Assembly (NCBI GenBank): GCA_965240325.2
Contig: OZ251235.1
Coordinates: 1,550,001 to 1,614,000 of the forward strand
Length of the DNA stretch: 64,000 nt
Reading direction: 5' to 3'
Source: Rebecca billardiae RCC1528
Lineage: Eukaryota; Protista; Haptophyta
The notes below the pieces were generated by a model. It had not been told where the DNA came from. It saw only the letters and a list, made by a program, of their open reading frames with translations, and did no database searches. The position numbers and the translations under genes are program-made. Numbering within the stretch: the first letter of the stretch is position 1; the number at the start of each line of letters is the position of its first letter. Positions 1 through 11,964 of this stretch are shown one piece after another.

Positions 1-36
1 CGGGCCACACGGCGCCGAGCAGCCCCTCGCGGCAGA

Positions 37-96
37 ATGGCGAGCGCAAACCTCGCCGGAGTGACCGGCCGAAACGCCACTCGGCCGAGGGGATAG
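37..96 (+). promoter_or_regulatory. possible upstream ORF (19 codons) ending 2 nt before the SLC12 start
   Basis: ATG at 37, TAG at 94-96, out of frame with ATG 99. Confidence 0.3.
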
Positions 97-98
97 CG

Positions 99-3000
99 AT
101 GGACAGCCCTCAGCGGATGGGCCCGCCGCGGATCGCGGGCCTGCACGAGAATGGGTCGAACGGCCACGCCGATCGTCTGGCCTCGCCACCGCGCTCGCCC
201 GCGATGTCGCGCGCTGAGGCGGGCGGGCGCAGCGTGCCCGACTCGCCCGCGCCGACGATGCGGCGCGGCGCGACGTACGGCTCCGGCCACGGGCACAGCG
301 CGGCGGCGAAAGGGCACGGCGCCGGCGGCGAGGCGGGCAAGGGCCACGGCAGCGCGCACAAGATGGGCACGTTCCACGGCGTGCTCATGCCCACGTGCGA
401 GAACATGTGGGGGGTGATCATCTTCTTGCGCTTCTACGTGATCGTCGGCAACGCGGGGCTCGGGCTGTCGGTGCTGATCGTGACGCTCTCGTTCCTCGTG
501 GCGCTGCTCACGTCGCTCTCGCTCTCCGCCATCGCGACGTGCGGCACCTCGCACTCGCTGCAGGGCGTCTACCCCATGCTCGCGCGCGCGCTCGGACGCG
601 AGATCGCGACGGCGATCGGCTTTGTCTACTTCCTCGGCGTCGTGTTCCTCGCGGTGCTCGAGTGCCTGGGCGCGTGCGAGGAGCTGTTCATGGTGAACCG
701 CTCGCTGGGCGAGTTCCCGCTCGCCGTGCAGATGTGGGGCTCCATCTTCATGCTCTCGCTCACCGCGATGGTCGCGGGCGGCGTCAAGATGATTTCCCAC
801 GCGGGGGTCGTATTCTTTCTGATCGTGCTGCTCACGCTGCTCGCGTTCTACGTGGGGCTGTTCGGCGCGCCGCACCTGCACGCGTTCGACGCGGAGCCGC
901 ACCACGGGAAGCACTTCCACCTCGGCCTCTCCGCCGAGCACCTCGCCAACAACTTTGCGCCCGACTACCTGCCCGGCCACTCGTTCTCGTCGTCGCTCGC
1001 TCTCTTCTTCCCCTGCTTCACCGGCATCCTCTCGGGCGCGAACCGCGCGTCGTCGCTGGCGGACCCGTCGACGGCGATCCCGCACGGCACGATCGGCGCG
1101 ATCACGATCTCGTACGTCATGTACATGTCGTACATGTTCCTCTGGGCCGCCGTCGGCGAGCGCGAGTTCCTCCAGCTCGACCACGGCCAGCTCGACCTGC
1201 TGCTGTGGCCGTCGGTCAAGGTCGCGCAGATCGGCATCGTGCTCTCGTCGCTGGGGCAGGCGCTGCAGTGCCTGGTGGTCGCGCCGCGGCTGCTCGCGTC
1301 GATCGCGCAGGACCGCACGCTCCGCCCGCTCATCCCGCTCGCCGTGCGCACCGCGGGCGAGCCGAAGCGCGCGCTGCTGTTTGCGTACGTGGTCGGCGGG
1401 CTCTGCGTTCTGATTGGCTCGCTCGACCTGGTGGCGCCGCTGCTGTCGATGTGCTTCCTGCTGTGCTACTCGTTCATGAACCTGAACTGCTTCGTGCTCG
1501 ACGTGCTCAAGGACCCGCACTGGCGGCCCAAGTGGAAGTACTTCCACTGGAGCGTCGGCCTCGCCGGCTTTGTGCTGTGCACCGCGCTCATGTTCACCAT
1601 CAACTTTGTGTACGCGCTCATCGCGTGGCTGCTCGCGGCGGCCATCCTGATCTACATCCTGCGCAACAACGCCGAGCGCGACTGGGGCTCGGCGCTGCAC
1701 GGGCTGCGGTTCCAGGTGGCGGTGCGCTCGCTCGCCGCCATCGACATGGCCTCGCACCTCGACCGCTCCTGGAAGCCGCAGCTGCTGCTGCTCTACCAGC
1801 TGCGCGAGGAGGAGGACTCGGACGACCCCGAGCGGCGCGCGCTCAACCCGGGGCACACGCACAAGCTGATGTTCTCGATCGCGAACCAGCTGCGCCACGG
1901 CTCGGGGCTGATCATCGCGTGCGCGATCATCCCGCTGCTCCCCGACGAGAACGAGGACGACATCGAGACCGTCGAGTGGGCCGACGAGGAGCGCCGGCAG
2001 ATGGAGTACATGATGAAGGTGCGCGCGCGCACACCGCGCGCGCACACGGCGCGCGCAACCGCACGCACCGCGCACCGGGCGTGCGGCGAGGAGCGCCGCG
2101 AGGAGCGCTGCGGGCGGGCGCTGCGTGTGCGACCGAGCGAGGGCGCGCGCGTGTGCGCAGCGAGGTCGCTGCGCGCGCGCGCGGAGCAGCCGCCGTGCCC
2201 TGCGCCGCTGCCACGGGCGCGCGCGCACCCGCCGCTCACTCACGCGCGCGCGCTCGCGCCCGCCCGCCCGCGCCACGCGCGCGCCGTACCCCCGTGGCCG
2301 CAGGACATGCGCGTCGACGGCTTCTCAATGACGGTGCTCACGCGCGACGCCAAGGAGGGCAAGCGCTACGCCATCCAGAACGCGGGGCTCGGCCCGCTCA
2401 TGCCCAATACTGTGGTGATGGGCTGGCCGTGGTGGTGGAAGCAGGATCCGAAGGAGCACGTGCCCATCTTCGTCTCGGCGATCCACCAGGCGACGCTCGC
2501 GAACAAGGCCGTGCTGCTCGGGCACAACCTGAAGGTGCGCGCGCGCGCGCGCGCGCGCCGTGCGCGCCCGCGGGCGCGGCGGCGGCCGGGCTGGGCAGCG
2601 AGTGCGCGGGGCCCGGTGCGCGCACGCGCTCGTGCCTCACCCCGTCTCTCACTCTCTCGCGCGCTTGCTCGCGCGCGAGAGCGCGCAGGACTTCCCGACG
2701 GATGAGGACCCGGCGGTGGTCGGGTACATCGACGTGTGGTGGATCAAGCATGATGGCGGGCTGCTGCTGCTGCTCTCGCACCTGCTGCAGAAGCATCGGG
2801 TGTGGAAGAAGTGCCTGCTGCGGCTGCACCTGATCACCGAGTCGGGCACGGACCCGCAGCTGATCAAGGAGCGAATGCACCGGCTGCTCGCGATGATCAA
2901 CATCTCGGCGACGGTCGAGGAGGTCATCCTCGTCGACTCGTCCTCCGTGCTGCCGTACATGGCGACCTCGGAGACGCGCGTGCGGTGCGCGCGCGCGCGC

Positions 3001-4659
3001 GTGCGTACCATGCATGCGCGCACGGCTACACCGCCATGCTACCCTTGCGCGCGCACCACCACCGCGCCGCGCGCGCGCGCACGCACACGCGCGCTCACGC
3101 GCACGCGCGCATGCGCGCTCACGCGCACGCGCGCGCGCAGCAAGCAAGAGACCAAGAGCAACCTGAACAACAGCGAGATCGTCTCGGTCGAGCAGCTGAT
3201 TGAGAACCCGCTGCCGCTCGAGGACGAGGACAAGACGCTGCGCGAGGCGCTGAGCAAGCGGCGCACGTCGGTGGTGAGCGCGCGGCCGGCGACGAACCGG
3301 GCGTCGGCGGGCGAGGCTGACTCGACCGAGGGCGTGACGCGCGCGCCGAGCAAGCCCACGCCGGGCGCGGACAAGGTGGTCGTGGTCGACAAGCGCGACG
3401 CGAGCCAGCACGGCCGAGAGCGCTCGGCCTCGGGCAACAAGCTCTCGCTCACGCGCACCTCCGCCACCTCGCTCTCGCTCTCCGGCGTGCAGCTGGAGGA
3501 GCCGGCGCTGCGCCGGCAGCTGTCCGTGCCCTCCGAGCCGCAGTTCGCGCTCGAGCCGCTGCCGACGACGCGCCAGGTGTCCGCGCCGGTGCACCGTCCG
3601 AGCTGCGCGCCGCGCGTGCCGCCGCCGCGCATCGAGGTGTCGCCCGAGACGCGCGCGCCGTCGTTCGGCGCAGCCGAGCCCCTCAGCGCCGCAGGCGGCT
3701 CGCACCTCGCCTCGCGCGCGCCCACCATCGAGGAGGGCGCGAGCGTGAGCCACGGCATTGAGCCCGTGGCCGAGCCGGCGCCGCCACCGCCGCCGCCGCC
3801 GGCCGGGGCGTCGGCGCAGCCCAGGCCGAGGCGGCTGCCGCCCAACTTGCCGCACCCAAAGCCGATCTCGCCGCCGCCCTCGCCGCCACCCGCGGACGTC
3901 CCGCCCGAGCGGAGCAGCGTGCGGCCGCCGCCCGCGGACGACCCGCCCGAGCGGAACAACAACCTGCGGCCCGTGCTCATCCCGCGCACCGGCTCGGGCG
4001 TCGACTCGCGCGTCGACTCACGTCCGCCGCCCAGCCCGAGCGCCAACGGCGGCGCGCTGGGCAGCAAGGGCACGCACATCCCGCGCACGGCTTCCGGGAA
4101 CATTCCGAGGACCGCGTCCGGCACCTTCATGCGCATGCCGATGGGCATGCCCAACCTGTGGGGGGGCGGCGCCGAGGCGTCGCACTCGCCGACCGCGACG
4201 GCCGCGCCGACCGGCGTGGCGGCGGACGAGCAGCTCGAGCTCCCGCCCGCGCTGCTCGCCGACGGCACGCCGCGCCGCCCGAGCGACGCCGCCAGCAGCA
4301 TCGGCATCAGCGCCTCGCTGCAGCGCTTCATCGAGAAGTACGAGCTCGACGACGAGAAGGCGAGCGAGCTCAACCAGATCTTCGAGAAGTCGATCGAGGA
4401 GGCGATGGTCGGCGCGACCTCGTACATGTGGGACGAGATCCACGAGATCATCCAGTCGCACTCGGAGAACTCCGTGCTCGTGATCGTCAACCTGCCAGAC
4501 CCGCCCGACGTGACGCGCGTGGACGGCGCGTACACGGACGAGGGGTACAGGAAGATGGTCGAGTACATGGACTACATGGAGGGGCTGGCCGCCAACCTGC
4601 CGCGCGTGCTCTTCGTGCACGGCTCGGGGCAAGAGGTGATCAGCTTTGACGCGGCGTAA
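99..4659 (+). CDS. SLC12 cation-chloride cotransporter (KCC/CCC-like); 4 exons, introns 2019-2303, 2535-2688, 2985-3140
   Basis: Motifs KMGTFHGVLMPTCENMWGVIIFLR, FFPCFTGILSGANR, PHWRPKWKYFHW, WKPQLL, IQNAGLGPLMPNTVVMGWP, IDVWWIKHDGGLLLLL and C-terminal LVIVNLP...GSGQEVIS. GT-AG introns join ORF 99..2705 to ORF 2560..4659 in frame. Confidence 0.93.
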
Positions 4660-5212
4660 GGCGCGTGCGCCCCTGCGCGCGCGCGGCGGCCCAGCACGGT
4701 TATTATAATAATGCCGCCGAAGCATTAAGGTCAAGGACGGGGGCAGCGCGATCGCCGTGACTGGCCAAGTCGCCTGCGCATGGGCATGCTGCGGGCATGC
4801 AAGGGGTTGCATGCTACGACGACGTGAAATAATATTATATATATATATATACCTGAATTACGACTGCTGGTTTATTATAATTAAGTTTATTATTTAATAT
4901 AATGAAATGATGAGTATGAAATCGTCTGACGCAGCCGAGTACTGTTGCCTGAGCTGTGTGCGTCTCTTATTCTTAGTAAACTGTACTGCCCGCGTGCCTA
5001 GACCTAGTGGTATTAAATGTAATAGCAGACTATATTTAATGAAGCTGGCGCCATCGGCCCGCGATCGGCTGCTGCGAGCTCAGAGTTGACGAGAGTGACT
5101 TGCCGTTCGATCGGTGCTCAAGTCGGTGACGGTCCGGGTTGAGGGCACTCGAGGTTCTCGTCGGTACTGAGTGGCGCAGTACTCGTCACGGGCTGCGAAA
5201 GCCGAATGCTCG

Positions 5213-5704
5213 TCAGGCGTCTGCCAGCTTCTCCAGTCGAGCTGTAAGCTTTGTCATGTACTCAAGCGTCTGCGCCGGAGTTGCGCCCTTAGGAGCCCCC
5301 TCGCTGCTCGGCTTCCCGTCGGGCCGCTTGCCCGAGCGCGCTGCGTGCTTCTCGAGCACACCTTCGAGGCGCGCCACCAGCTGCTCGACCTGCTCGACAC
5401 GGCGCTGTTGCGCGGCGAGGAACGCCGAGCGCCACTCGTCGCGCTCCGTCGGGGTTGCGAACTGCAGGGAGTACGCACGCTCTGCAGTCACGATCTCGAG
5501 CGCGGCTGGCGGCTTCTCGACGAGGCGCGAGAGGAAGAGGTCAATGTGCTTGCCAGCGCTGCGCGCCTGGTCAGCGCCCGGGCCGTAGACCAGGAGGCCA
5601 TCCACGTCGAGGATGAAGTAGCGCTTGTTCTTGGCGAATTGGGAGAAGAAGCCCTTCGAGCCGCGCTTCACGGCGAAGCCCTCTTTTGCCGTTCCACTCA
5701 CCAT
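5213..5704 (-). CDS. small PH-domain protein with C-terminal coiled coil (two RLE motifs)
   Basis: KEGFAVKRG...KNKRYFIL...LEIVTAERAYSLQFATPTERDEWRSAF is a canonical PH pattern; tail has LVARLEGVL and LTARLEKL. Confidence 0.8.
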   Translation of the reverse strand: MVSGTAKEGFAVKRGSKGFFSQFAKNKRYFILDVDGLLVYGPGADQARSAGKHIDLFLSRLVEKPPAALEIVTAERAYSLQFATPTERDEWRSAFLAAQQRRVEQVEQLVARLEGVLEKHAARSGKRPDGKPSSEGAPKGATPAQTLEYMTKLTARLEKLADA

Positions 5705-5727
5705 GCTGGTCCGAGGTCGCCAGCCAC

Positions 5728-5806
5728 CATGGAGGGGCGAGCGCCGCGGCAAAAGAGTGACTGACGAAGTCGGCGTCATGGAGGGGCGAGCGCCGCGGCA
5801 AAAGAG
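5728..5806. repeat. 30-bp direct repeat CATGGAGGGGCGAGCGCCGCGGCAAAAGAG (5728-5757, 5777-5806) upstream of the PH gene
   Basis: exact duplication read from sequence. Confidence 0.85.
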
Positions 5807-7037
5807 GTGACACGGCCACCCGGTGCTGCTGCGTGTGCCGATCACTGACAGATGCGCGCTCACTCAGGCCGGGGCGAGCTCATAGGCGTCGCGCTTCCAG
5901 GGGCTCCGGTCTCGTGAGGCCACGCCCCGAAGCGCCCGCACCGAGCGCGCCTGCCGCACAGTACGGCCGCAGGCCGCGATTGGCGGCTGCCGTGCCATGG
6001 CGCACAAGCCTTCAGCTGGCTCAGCGCGCGCGCGCCGTCGGCGCCGATGGCTCAAGCCAATCGCGTGCGCGCCGCCGGTCGGCGGTGGCTCCGACGCTCG
6101 GGCGCCTTCCCGTCTCGTGCGTCACACGCTCCACAACGCGCCGCCTGCTCGCTCGGCCGCGCGCGCGGCACCACGGCAGACTAAGGTGCACAGCCGTGCT
6201 CGGCGGCGACGCGTGAGGCGAGAGGTCTGGGCTGCGCGCGCGCGTGGCCGGGGCGCACCGACAGCGGACGCGCATGGGCCCAGTCTACACGGCACACAAC
6301 CGCGCCGCGCGCGTCTCTGCCGCCGAGGCGTCCAGAGCGTGCAGTTGGCGCGTGGAGATGGCGTGAAGGCGGCGCGAGGCGGCGCGAGGCGCTCGCGGGA
6401 GGTTGGCGAGCGGCGGGGACGTCCCCGCGCCACGACCACCGCGGCAAGAGTGGCCTCCTCGGCCGTGCGGACCCAGCCGGCCCAGTGCCGCGCGGCCAAA
6501 ACCGCCGCCGCGCGCGCGCAGCTCGCGCGCGTCGAGAGCGCGACGGCGGCGGCGCCACCCACCGCCTTAAAATCGGAAGATTGCGCGCGCCAGAAATTGC
6601 CGCCCCGTGTAAAAACTCGGGAACTCAACGTTTCCCCAACTCGCGCGAGAGGTGGCAATGCCACATGCCACCTCTCTCGTCTGAACTTGTACCAATATCT
6701 CGCGCGCTCGTCTCTCGCGCCCGCTTTTGGCCTTTCGGCTTCCGATCTAATAATCATCAGCAGCATAGGTCTGCCTGATCTGGCCGGCTTCCGGACTGAT
6801 TCACTCACTCACTGTCAGTGACTGATCCGGGACGGAAATTGGCCGGCGGAGCTATGAAGTTGCTCACAGCATGCGTATGTATCATCGGCGGACTCGCAGC
6901 AGCCCGGTGCGACTGGGGGGCTCGACCGCACCCTGCTGAACGGGAAGCTGCTCATCCGATAGTCGCCCGTGTCTTTAAAGCATAGTCTAATCAGTCTGAC
7001 GGCGGGCGGCGGCTGCAAGCCGTGGAGCGAGGTCCTT

Positions 7038-8651
7038 CTAGTTCTGCCCGGGCTCGCCGCACCCGCCCGGACCGGACGGCGCGGAGCGCGCGACCGACGC
7101 GTTCACAGGCGCAGCGCTCACGCCCCGCGCGAGCAGGAGACACCGGTACGCGAGCAGCCGGCGCTCCGCCGAGCTCGCCGCCGCCGTACCCGTGGCCGTC
7201 CCGCCCAGACGCGGCGACCAAAGGCGCTCGGCGATCGCGGCGAGGCGCGGCCACACGGTCGGCTCGAGGTCCGCGCCGTCCACCGTCTCGCCCCACATCT
7301 CGCCGCCGCCGCCGAGCACGAGCGCGCACTCGGCGTCGGACAGGCCCGCGCACGGCTCCAGCGCATACGCCTCGCGCCAGCCCGTGCGCAGGCTGTCGAG
7401 GTACCAGGTCGGGTCGAGCGACACGAGCGCGCGCAGGCCGCGCGCCGTCACGTCGCGCACGCCCGTGCGCCCCCACGTGCGCCACTGCTGCACGATCGCC
7501 GTGCGCGGCAGCCGCTCTCCGAAGTGCTCGAAGACCTCGTCCCAGCCGATCGCGACGCGGCCCCGCTCCGCCGCGAGCGCGTGCGCGCGCAGCACGAACT
7601 CCGCGTACGCCTCCTGCGCGCTCAGCCCGCGCACGCGCAGCCACTCAGAAATTTCCGGAGACTTCTCCCAGCAGGCCGTGTCCACCTCGTCGCCGCCCAG
7701 GTGCACGACGCTGTCGGGGAAGAGGCGCGCCAGGTCGTCGAGGAGCGCGCCGAGCAGCGCGAACGTGCCCTCGCGCGCGGGGTTGAGCGGCTCGGCGCAC
7801 GCCGCCGACGGGCACACCTCGGGCCGCCCCCGGCACCACGAGCGCGTGTGGCCGGGCACGTCCAGCTCGGGAATCACACGGATGCCGCGCGCGCGCGCGT
7901 GCTCGACGACGATGGCCACGTCCGAGGGCGCGTAGCGCTCGGCGGGCGAGAAGGCGCCGCGCGCGCACAGCTCGGGCGCCGAGGGCAGGCACACCGGGAA
8001 CGACTGCGAGTCGACCATGTGCCAGTGCAGCACGTTGAGCTTGGTCCACGCCATCGCGCTGATTGTGCGCAGCAGTTGAGGCATGGGCAGGAAGTGGCGC
8101 GCGCTGTCCAGCAGCAGCTCGCGGTGGGCGAAGCGGGGCTTGTCGACGACGGCGAGGGGCAGGCGGGAGGCGAGGTACTCGGCGCGCTCAAAGTCGTACG
8201 CCACGAGCTGCGACAGCGTGCTCAGCGCGTGGTACACGCCGTACTGCGTGCGCGCGCGCACGGTCGCATCGCCGCGCGCGCCCACGTGCAGCGAGTAGCT
8301 CTCGTCCACGCCGAGCTCGAGGGCGGCGGCCCCGTGGACGACCGTCACGTTGACGAGCGCGAGCGACGCCGGCGAGCACGCCCGCCCCTCGCCAGTCGCC
8401 GCGCCGCCGTCGTCATGCCGATGGTGCGGGAAGACGAGCCGGCGGAAGCGCTTGAACGCGCCGAGCAGGTCGGCACTGGGCGCGCGCGGCCCGGCGGCGA
8501 AGGACAGGTGCGGGCAGACCGGGCGCCGAGCGTGGCCGGCGCTCACTTCGGCCGGGAGCGGCCACAGCAACGGCACGTCCTCAGCGAGTCTGGGCGCCGC
8601 CCAGGTTAGGAAGAGGAGGAGCTGTGCCTTCGGCCGGCCGGCCGGCGCCAT
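7038..8651 (-). CDS. beta-N-acetylhexosaminidase, GH20 family, probably secreted/lysosomal
   Basis: LWPLP, GVDESYSL, DKPRFAHRELLLDSARHF, KLNVLHWHMVDSQSFP, VIPELDVPGH, catalytic HLGGDEV, GGGGEMWGE, VWPRLAAIAERLWS; hydrophobic N-terminus after ATG 8651. Confidence 0.93.
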   Translation of the reverse strand: MAPAGRPKAQLLLFLTWAAPRLAEDVPLLWPLPAEVSAGHARRPVCPHLSFAAGPRAPSADLLGAFKRFRRLVFPHHRHDDGGAATGEGRACSPASLALVNVTVVHGAAALELGVDESYSLHVGARGDATVRARTQYGVYHALSTLSQLVAYDFERAEYLASRLPLAVVDKPRFAHRELLLDSARHFLPMPQLLRTISAMAWTKLNVLHWHMVDSQSFPVCLPSAPELCARGAFSPAERYAPSDVAIVVEHARARGIRVIPELDVPGHTRSWCRGRPEVCPSAACAEPLNPAREGTFALLGALLDDLARLFPDSVVHLGGDEVDTACWEKSPEISEWLRVRGLSAQEAYAEFVLRAHALAAERGRVAIGWDEVFEHFGERLPRTAIVQQWRTWGRTGVRDVTARGLRALVSLDPTWYLDSLRTGWREAYALEPCAGLSDAECALVLGGGGEMWGETVDGADLEPTVWPRLAAIAERLWSPRLGGTATGTAAASSAERRLLAYRCLLLARGVSAAPVNASVARSAPSGPGGCGEPGQN

Positions 8652-8748
8652 CGTGAGTGCTGCGCTTGGCGCGTCGGGATCGACTCTGGATCCCGCGGCG
8701 GAAGTCGGCGCGAGCAACGACCGGGGACTTCCTCCGCGGCGCGCAAGC

Positions 8749-10615
8749 ATGCATCCGCTGGCGCTGCTCGCGGCGTGCGCGGCGCAGCCCGGCACCGCGC
8801 CGCCGCCGGACGTGAAGCCCGCCGAGCCCGTCCTCGTCGACAAGGTTTGCAGCCAGATGCACCACGTCTTCGCCTCCAACGTGAGCAGCGCAAACCACTG
8901 CGCGGGGCTGCTGATGCCGTCGGGATTCGCGCCCCAGTCCGCGCCCTACTTCGCGTACGGCGGGCCGAACCGCACGTGCTACACGTGCACCGAGCACGAG
9001 TACGACTTCGCATTCACCTATCCCGGCTTCAACGTGTACCGCACCGCCGACGTCGAGCCGATCGCGCCGCCTCCGCCCGACGATCGCTCGTGGTGGGATA
9101 AGTACCTGGAGAGCTGGTGGTCGCCGCATCCACCCCCCTCGCCGCCGGCGCCGCCGCCTCCGCCGCCCTCGCCACCACCTCCGCCGCCCTCGCCCTCGCC
9201 GCCGCCGGCCCCGCCGACGTCGCCCGCGCCGCCGCCCGCGCCCGCGCCGCCGCCGCCGATGCTGCCGTACGGAGCGATTCTGCGCAACCAGCACTGCGGC
9301 ACGTACTGGATCTTCCCGGACAAGACGGGGATGCTCACGGCGAACGACTGCGCGCGGTACGTCGGCACCGTCGAGCTCAAGCCCTTCTTCTCGTGGTCCG
9401 AGTGGACGCACTCGTGCTACGCGTGCTCGCAGCGGCAGGTTGACAATCGCTTCTCGGCGGCCGTGACGGGCTACTTCATCTACGACACGCGCGCGTTCGT
9501 CGAGCTGCCGCAGTCGCCCAACCCGCCGCCGAGCCCGCCGCCGCACCCGCCGCCGAGCCCGCCGCCGCCGCTCGGCTCCGGCCTGCTCTTCCCCGGCTAC
9601 TTCTGCGGCAACATCCACTGGCCGGTCGTCACGGGCGTGCGCGACCCGTCCGACTGCGCGGCCGAGCTCGCGCAGAAGGACGAGTGGCAGCAGCTCACGC
9701 CCTACTTCTCGTGGAGCGCGCAGACGCAGAACTGCTACGGCTGCGACGGCGACGAGGCGTCCGAGTGCGCGCGCGCGCGCGCGCGCGGGCTGCGCCGCGC
9801 ACCGCACCGCGCGCGGACCTCACCGGCCGCGCCCGCGCCCCACGGCCGCGCGTGCGCGTGCGCGCGATCGCGCAGGCGCGAGAAGCGCGTCGACGGCTTC
9901 AACATCTACCGCACAGGCGACTACGCGGCCAAGCTGCCTTCGGCCAAGGTGCTCGTGAAGGACCACGGCTGCGGCCGCCTGATCACGAAGACCGCGCAGT
10001 CGCCCAAGCAGTGCGCGGCCGCCACGGTCGCCGCGGGTGCCCTGCCATTCTTCACGTTCTCGCACGCGAGCGGCTTCTGCTTCGCGTGCGCCGCCGTCGA
10101 CGACCAGGGCGCCAGCGCGCCGGGGTACGACACGTACGCGAGCGCGGACTTCCAGATCACGTTCGAGGACATCAAGCAGTGGGCGGGCAACGTCCCGGCG
10201 CTGGACTTGGCAGGGGAGACGCCGCAGCGCAGCGCAGTGGGTGCGCGCGACTTGCGCTGCTCACGAGACCGCCGTTCCGCCTGCGCTGCCCGCTGCCACG
10301 CGCGCGGCGGAGCTGCTCGCTCACGCGCCATGAGTGTGCCGTGTGCTGTGCTGCTCTCGCGCAGGCTTTGCGAAGGCCTACCGCGGCGAAAGGCGGACAC
10401 GCCTTGCGGGCGCGGCGACGCTCGCAGTAGCGGTTGTCCTTGCCATCGGCGTCGCCGCGCGTGCTGGGGTGGCAGCGGTGCGCAGCAGTTCGCTGGCAGC
10501 CTTGGGTCTTCAGCGACCACCGCCTGTCGGAGGCGCGGGCTCCGCTGCTGGCGGCGCGGTGCGCGACGGCGCGGGAACACGACCGTGGATGCAAGGGCCG
10601 CCCGAGCTGCTATAG
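8749..10615 (+). CDS. type I membrane protein with four Cys-rich (PAN/apple-like) repeats and Pro-rich linkers; introns 9765-9875 and 10241-10364
   Basis: Signal-like MHPLALLAACAA; four units C..CA..P(Y/F)F(A/S/T)(Y/W/F)..C(Y/F)xC..G(F/Y)xxY; splicing 10241-10364 joins to a TM segment (AGAATLAVAVVLAIGVAA) and stop at 10615. Confidence 0.72.
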
Positions 10616-10866
10616 CCCTGCGTGTCGTGCCCACTCGGGCTTCAGAATGCCCGCCCGTCCGCGGCGCCAGGTGCCCGAGGTGGGCAGGCGGTGGCCCGGT
10701 AAGTCGGCTGCGCCGATCGACGATCCTAACTTGCCAATGCCAATGGCACGCGACCCGCGATCATCGCGTCAGCAAATATAACATCGGCGGCCCGCGCCGT
10801 CAGTCACTGACGGTAGCGGGGACCGACGAATATAGGGCGGGCGCCGCCCGCCGTTGAATGAGCCGA

Positions 10867-10885
10867 GGGCGGTTAGGGCGTTAGG
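10867..10885 (+). repeat. telomere-like TTAGGG variant units directly before the gap
   Basis: GGGCGGTTAGGGCGTTAGG followed by Ns. Confidence 0.4.
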
Positions 10886-10985
10886 NNNNNNNNNNNNNNN
10901 NNNNNNNNNNNNNNNNNNNNNNNNNNNNNNNNNNNNNNNNNNNNNNNNNNNNNNNNNNNNNNNNNNNNNNNNNNNNNNNNNNNNN
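10886..10985. other. assembly gap (100 N)
   Basis: run of N. Confidence 1.
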
Positions 10986-11957
10986 TTGTAGTCACCGGCA
11001 TCAGCTGCTTTAGCACTTAGTAGGGGGCTAAAGTGGCGCGGCGCAACGTGTACGTAAAGTAGATGGCGGCAGCGGTGCTCTGGAACGTGGTGTTGTTCAC
11101 CCGCGTCACCGTCCTCGAGTCGAGCAGCGCGTTCAATAAGCTACGCGGCGAACGTAGTCCTGGTCGGCGTCGCCGGTCGAGGTGCTGCTTGCCATCGCCC
11201 CACACGTGCTCGCGATCGGGCCCACCTCTGTTGTTTGCGTCTGGGCCTGTGACGGGGCCGCGACGACTCGACACGAGCATCTATGATATCATCATCAGGG
11301 CTACTGTGACACGTGAAGCGGCAGAATAGAATCTCATTTACGAGCATTGATACGACGCGCGGTCCAACGTGAAGCGGTACTAGGGAAAGAATCTTTCAAT
11401 ATATGGCTCATTTACGACGAGCAGCACGGATACGACGCGGTCTAATGACCCATTGTTCATACATGAATGGGTCGTCATAAACGGCGGGCTCATTTATGAC
11501 CAGACCGCGGGCCCTGGGGCTGGGTGATCAGAACCGGCCAAAGGCAGTCCAGCACCCAAGTAATAAATGCTGTACCAGCTCGCTACGTCGTCGCTCCTTG
11601 AACTTGAGGCAATCTGAATCTCAATGCATGGCCGAAAAAAATCGCTTGTAACTTCGGTTCGTTACGTTACGCATCCTAAAGGGCGTGAGTTTTTTGGACG
11701 GACGGGCGTCACACCGGCGCACGCTTTACTGATGCAGAATCTTGTGGGCGCGCCCATTTCTCGTGAATACATGTGTCGTTAAGGAGTACCTCAACAATTG
11801 AAACTCGGTCTCCGCCAGCCCTATGAAAATCGCCCCCCGTCCGACCTTTATTTGTTTTATTGATCAAAGATCTTTTTGAAATAAAGTGGTCAGGGCGTCA
11901 CTTAGAGCCCGCAGTGCGGGCTCCACGCTGCGCGCCCCCGCCCTGCACCGCGGGCTA
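10986..11957 (-). mobile_element. inverted, diverged copy of the Helitron2-like family (5' part only; cut by gap), with a degenerate copy of the N-terminal part of the HTH-type ORF at about 11050-11200
   Basis: 11800-11957 is a diverged reverse complement of the family 5' end; LLNALLDSRTVTRVNNTTFQSTAAAI matches VLNVLLESGAVKKVAKSTLQSIAAAI of the 20871 ORF. Confidence 0.75.
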
Positions 11958-11964
11958 TACATTA

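Noticed and set aside
5864-6820. ORFs 5997..6821(+) and 6122..6808(-)
   Set aside because: No recognisable domain or coding-like composition; treated as intergenic
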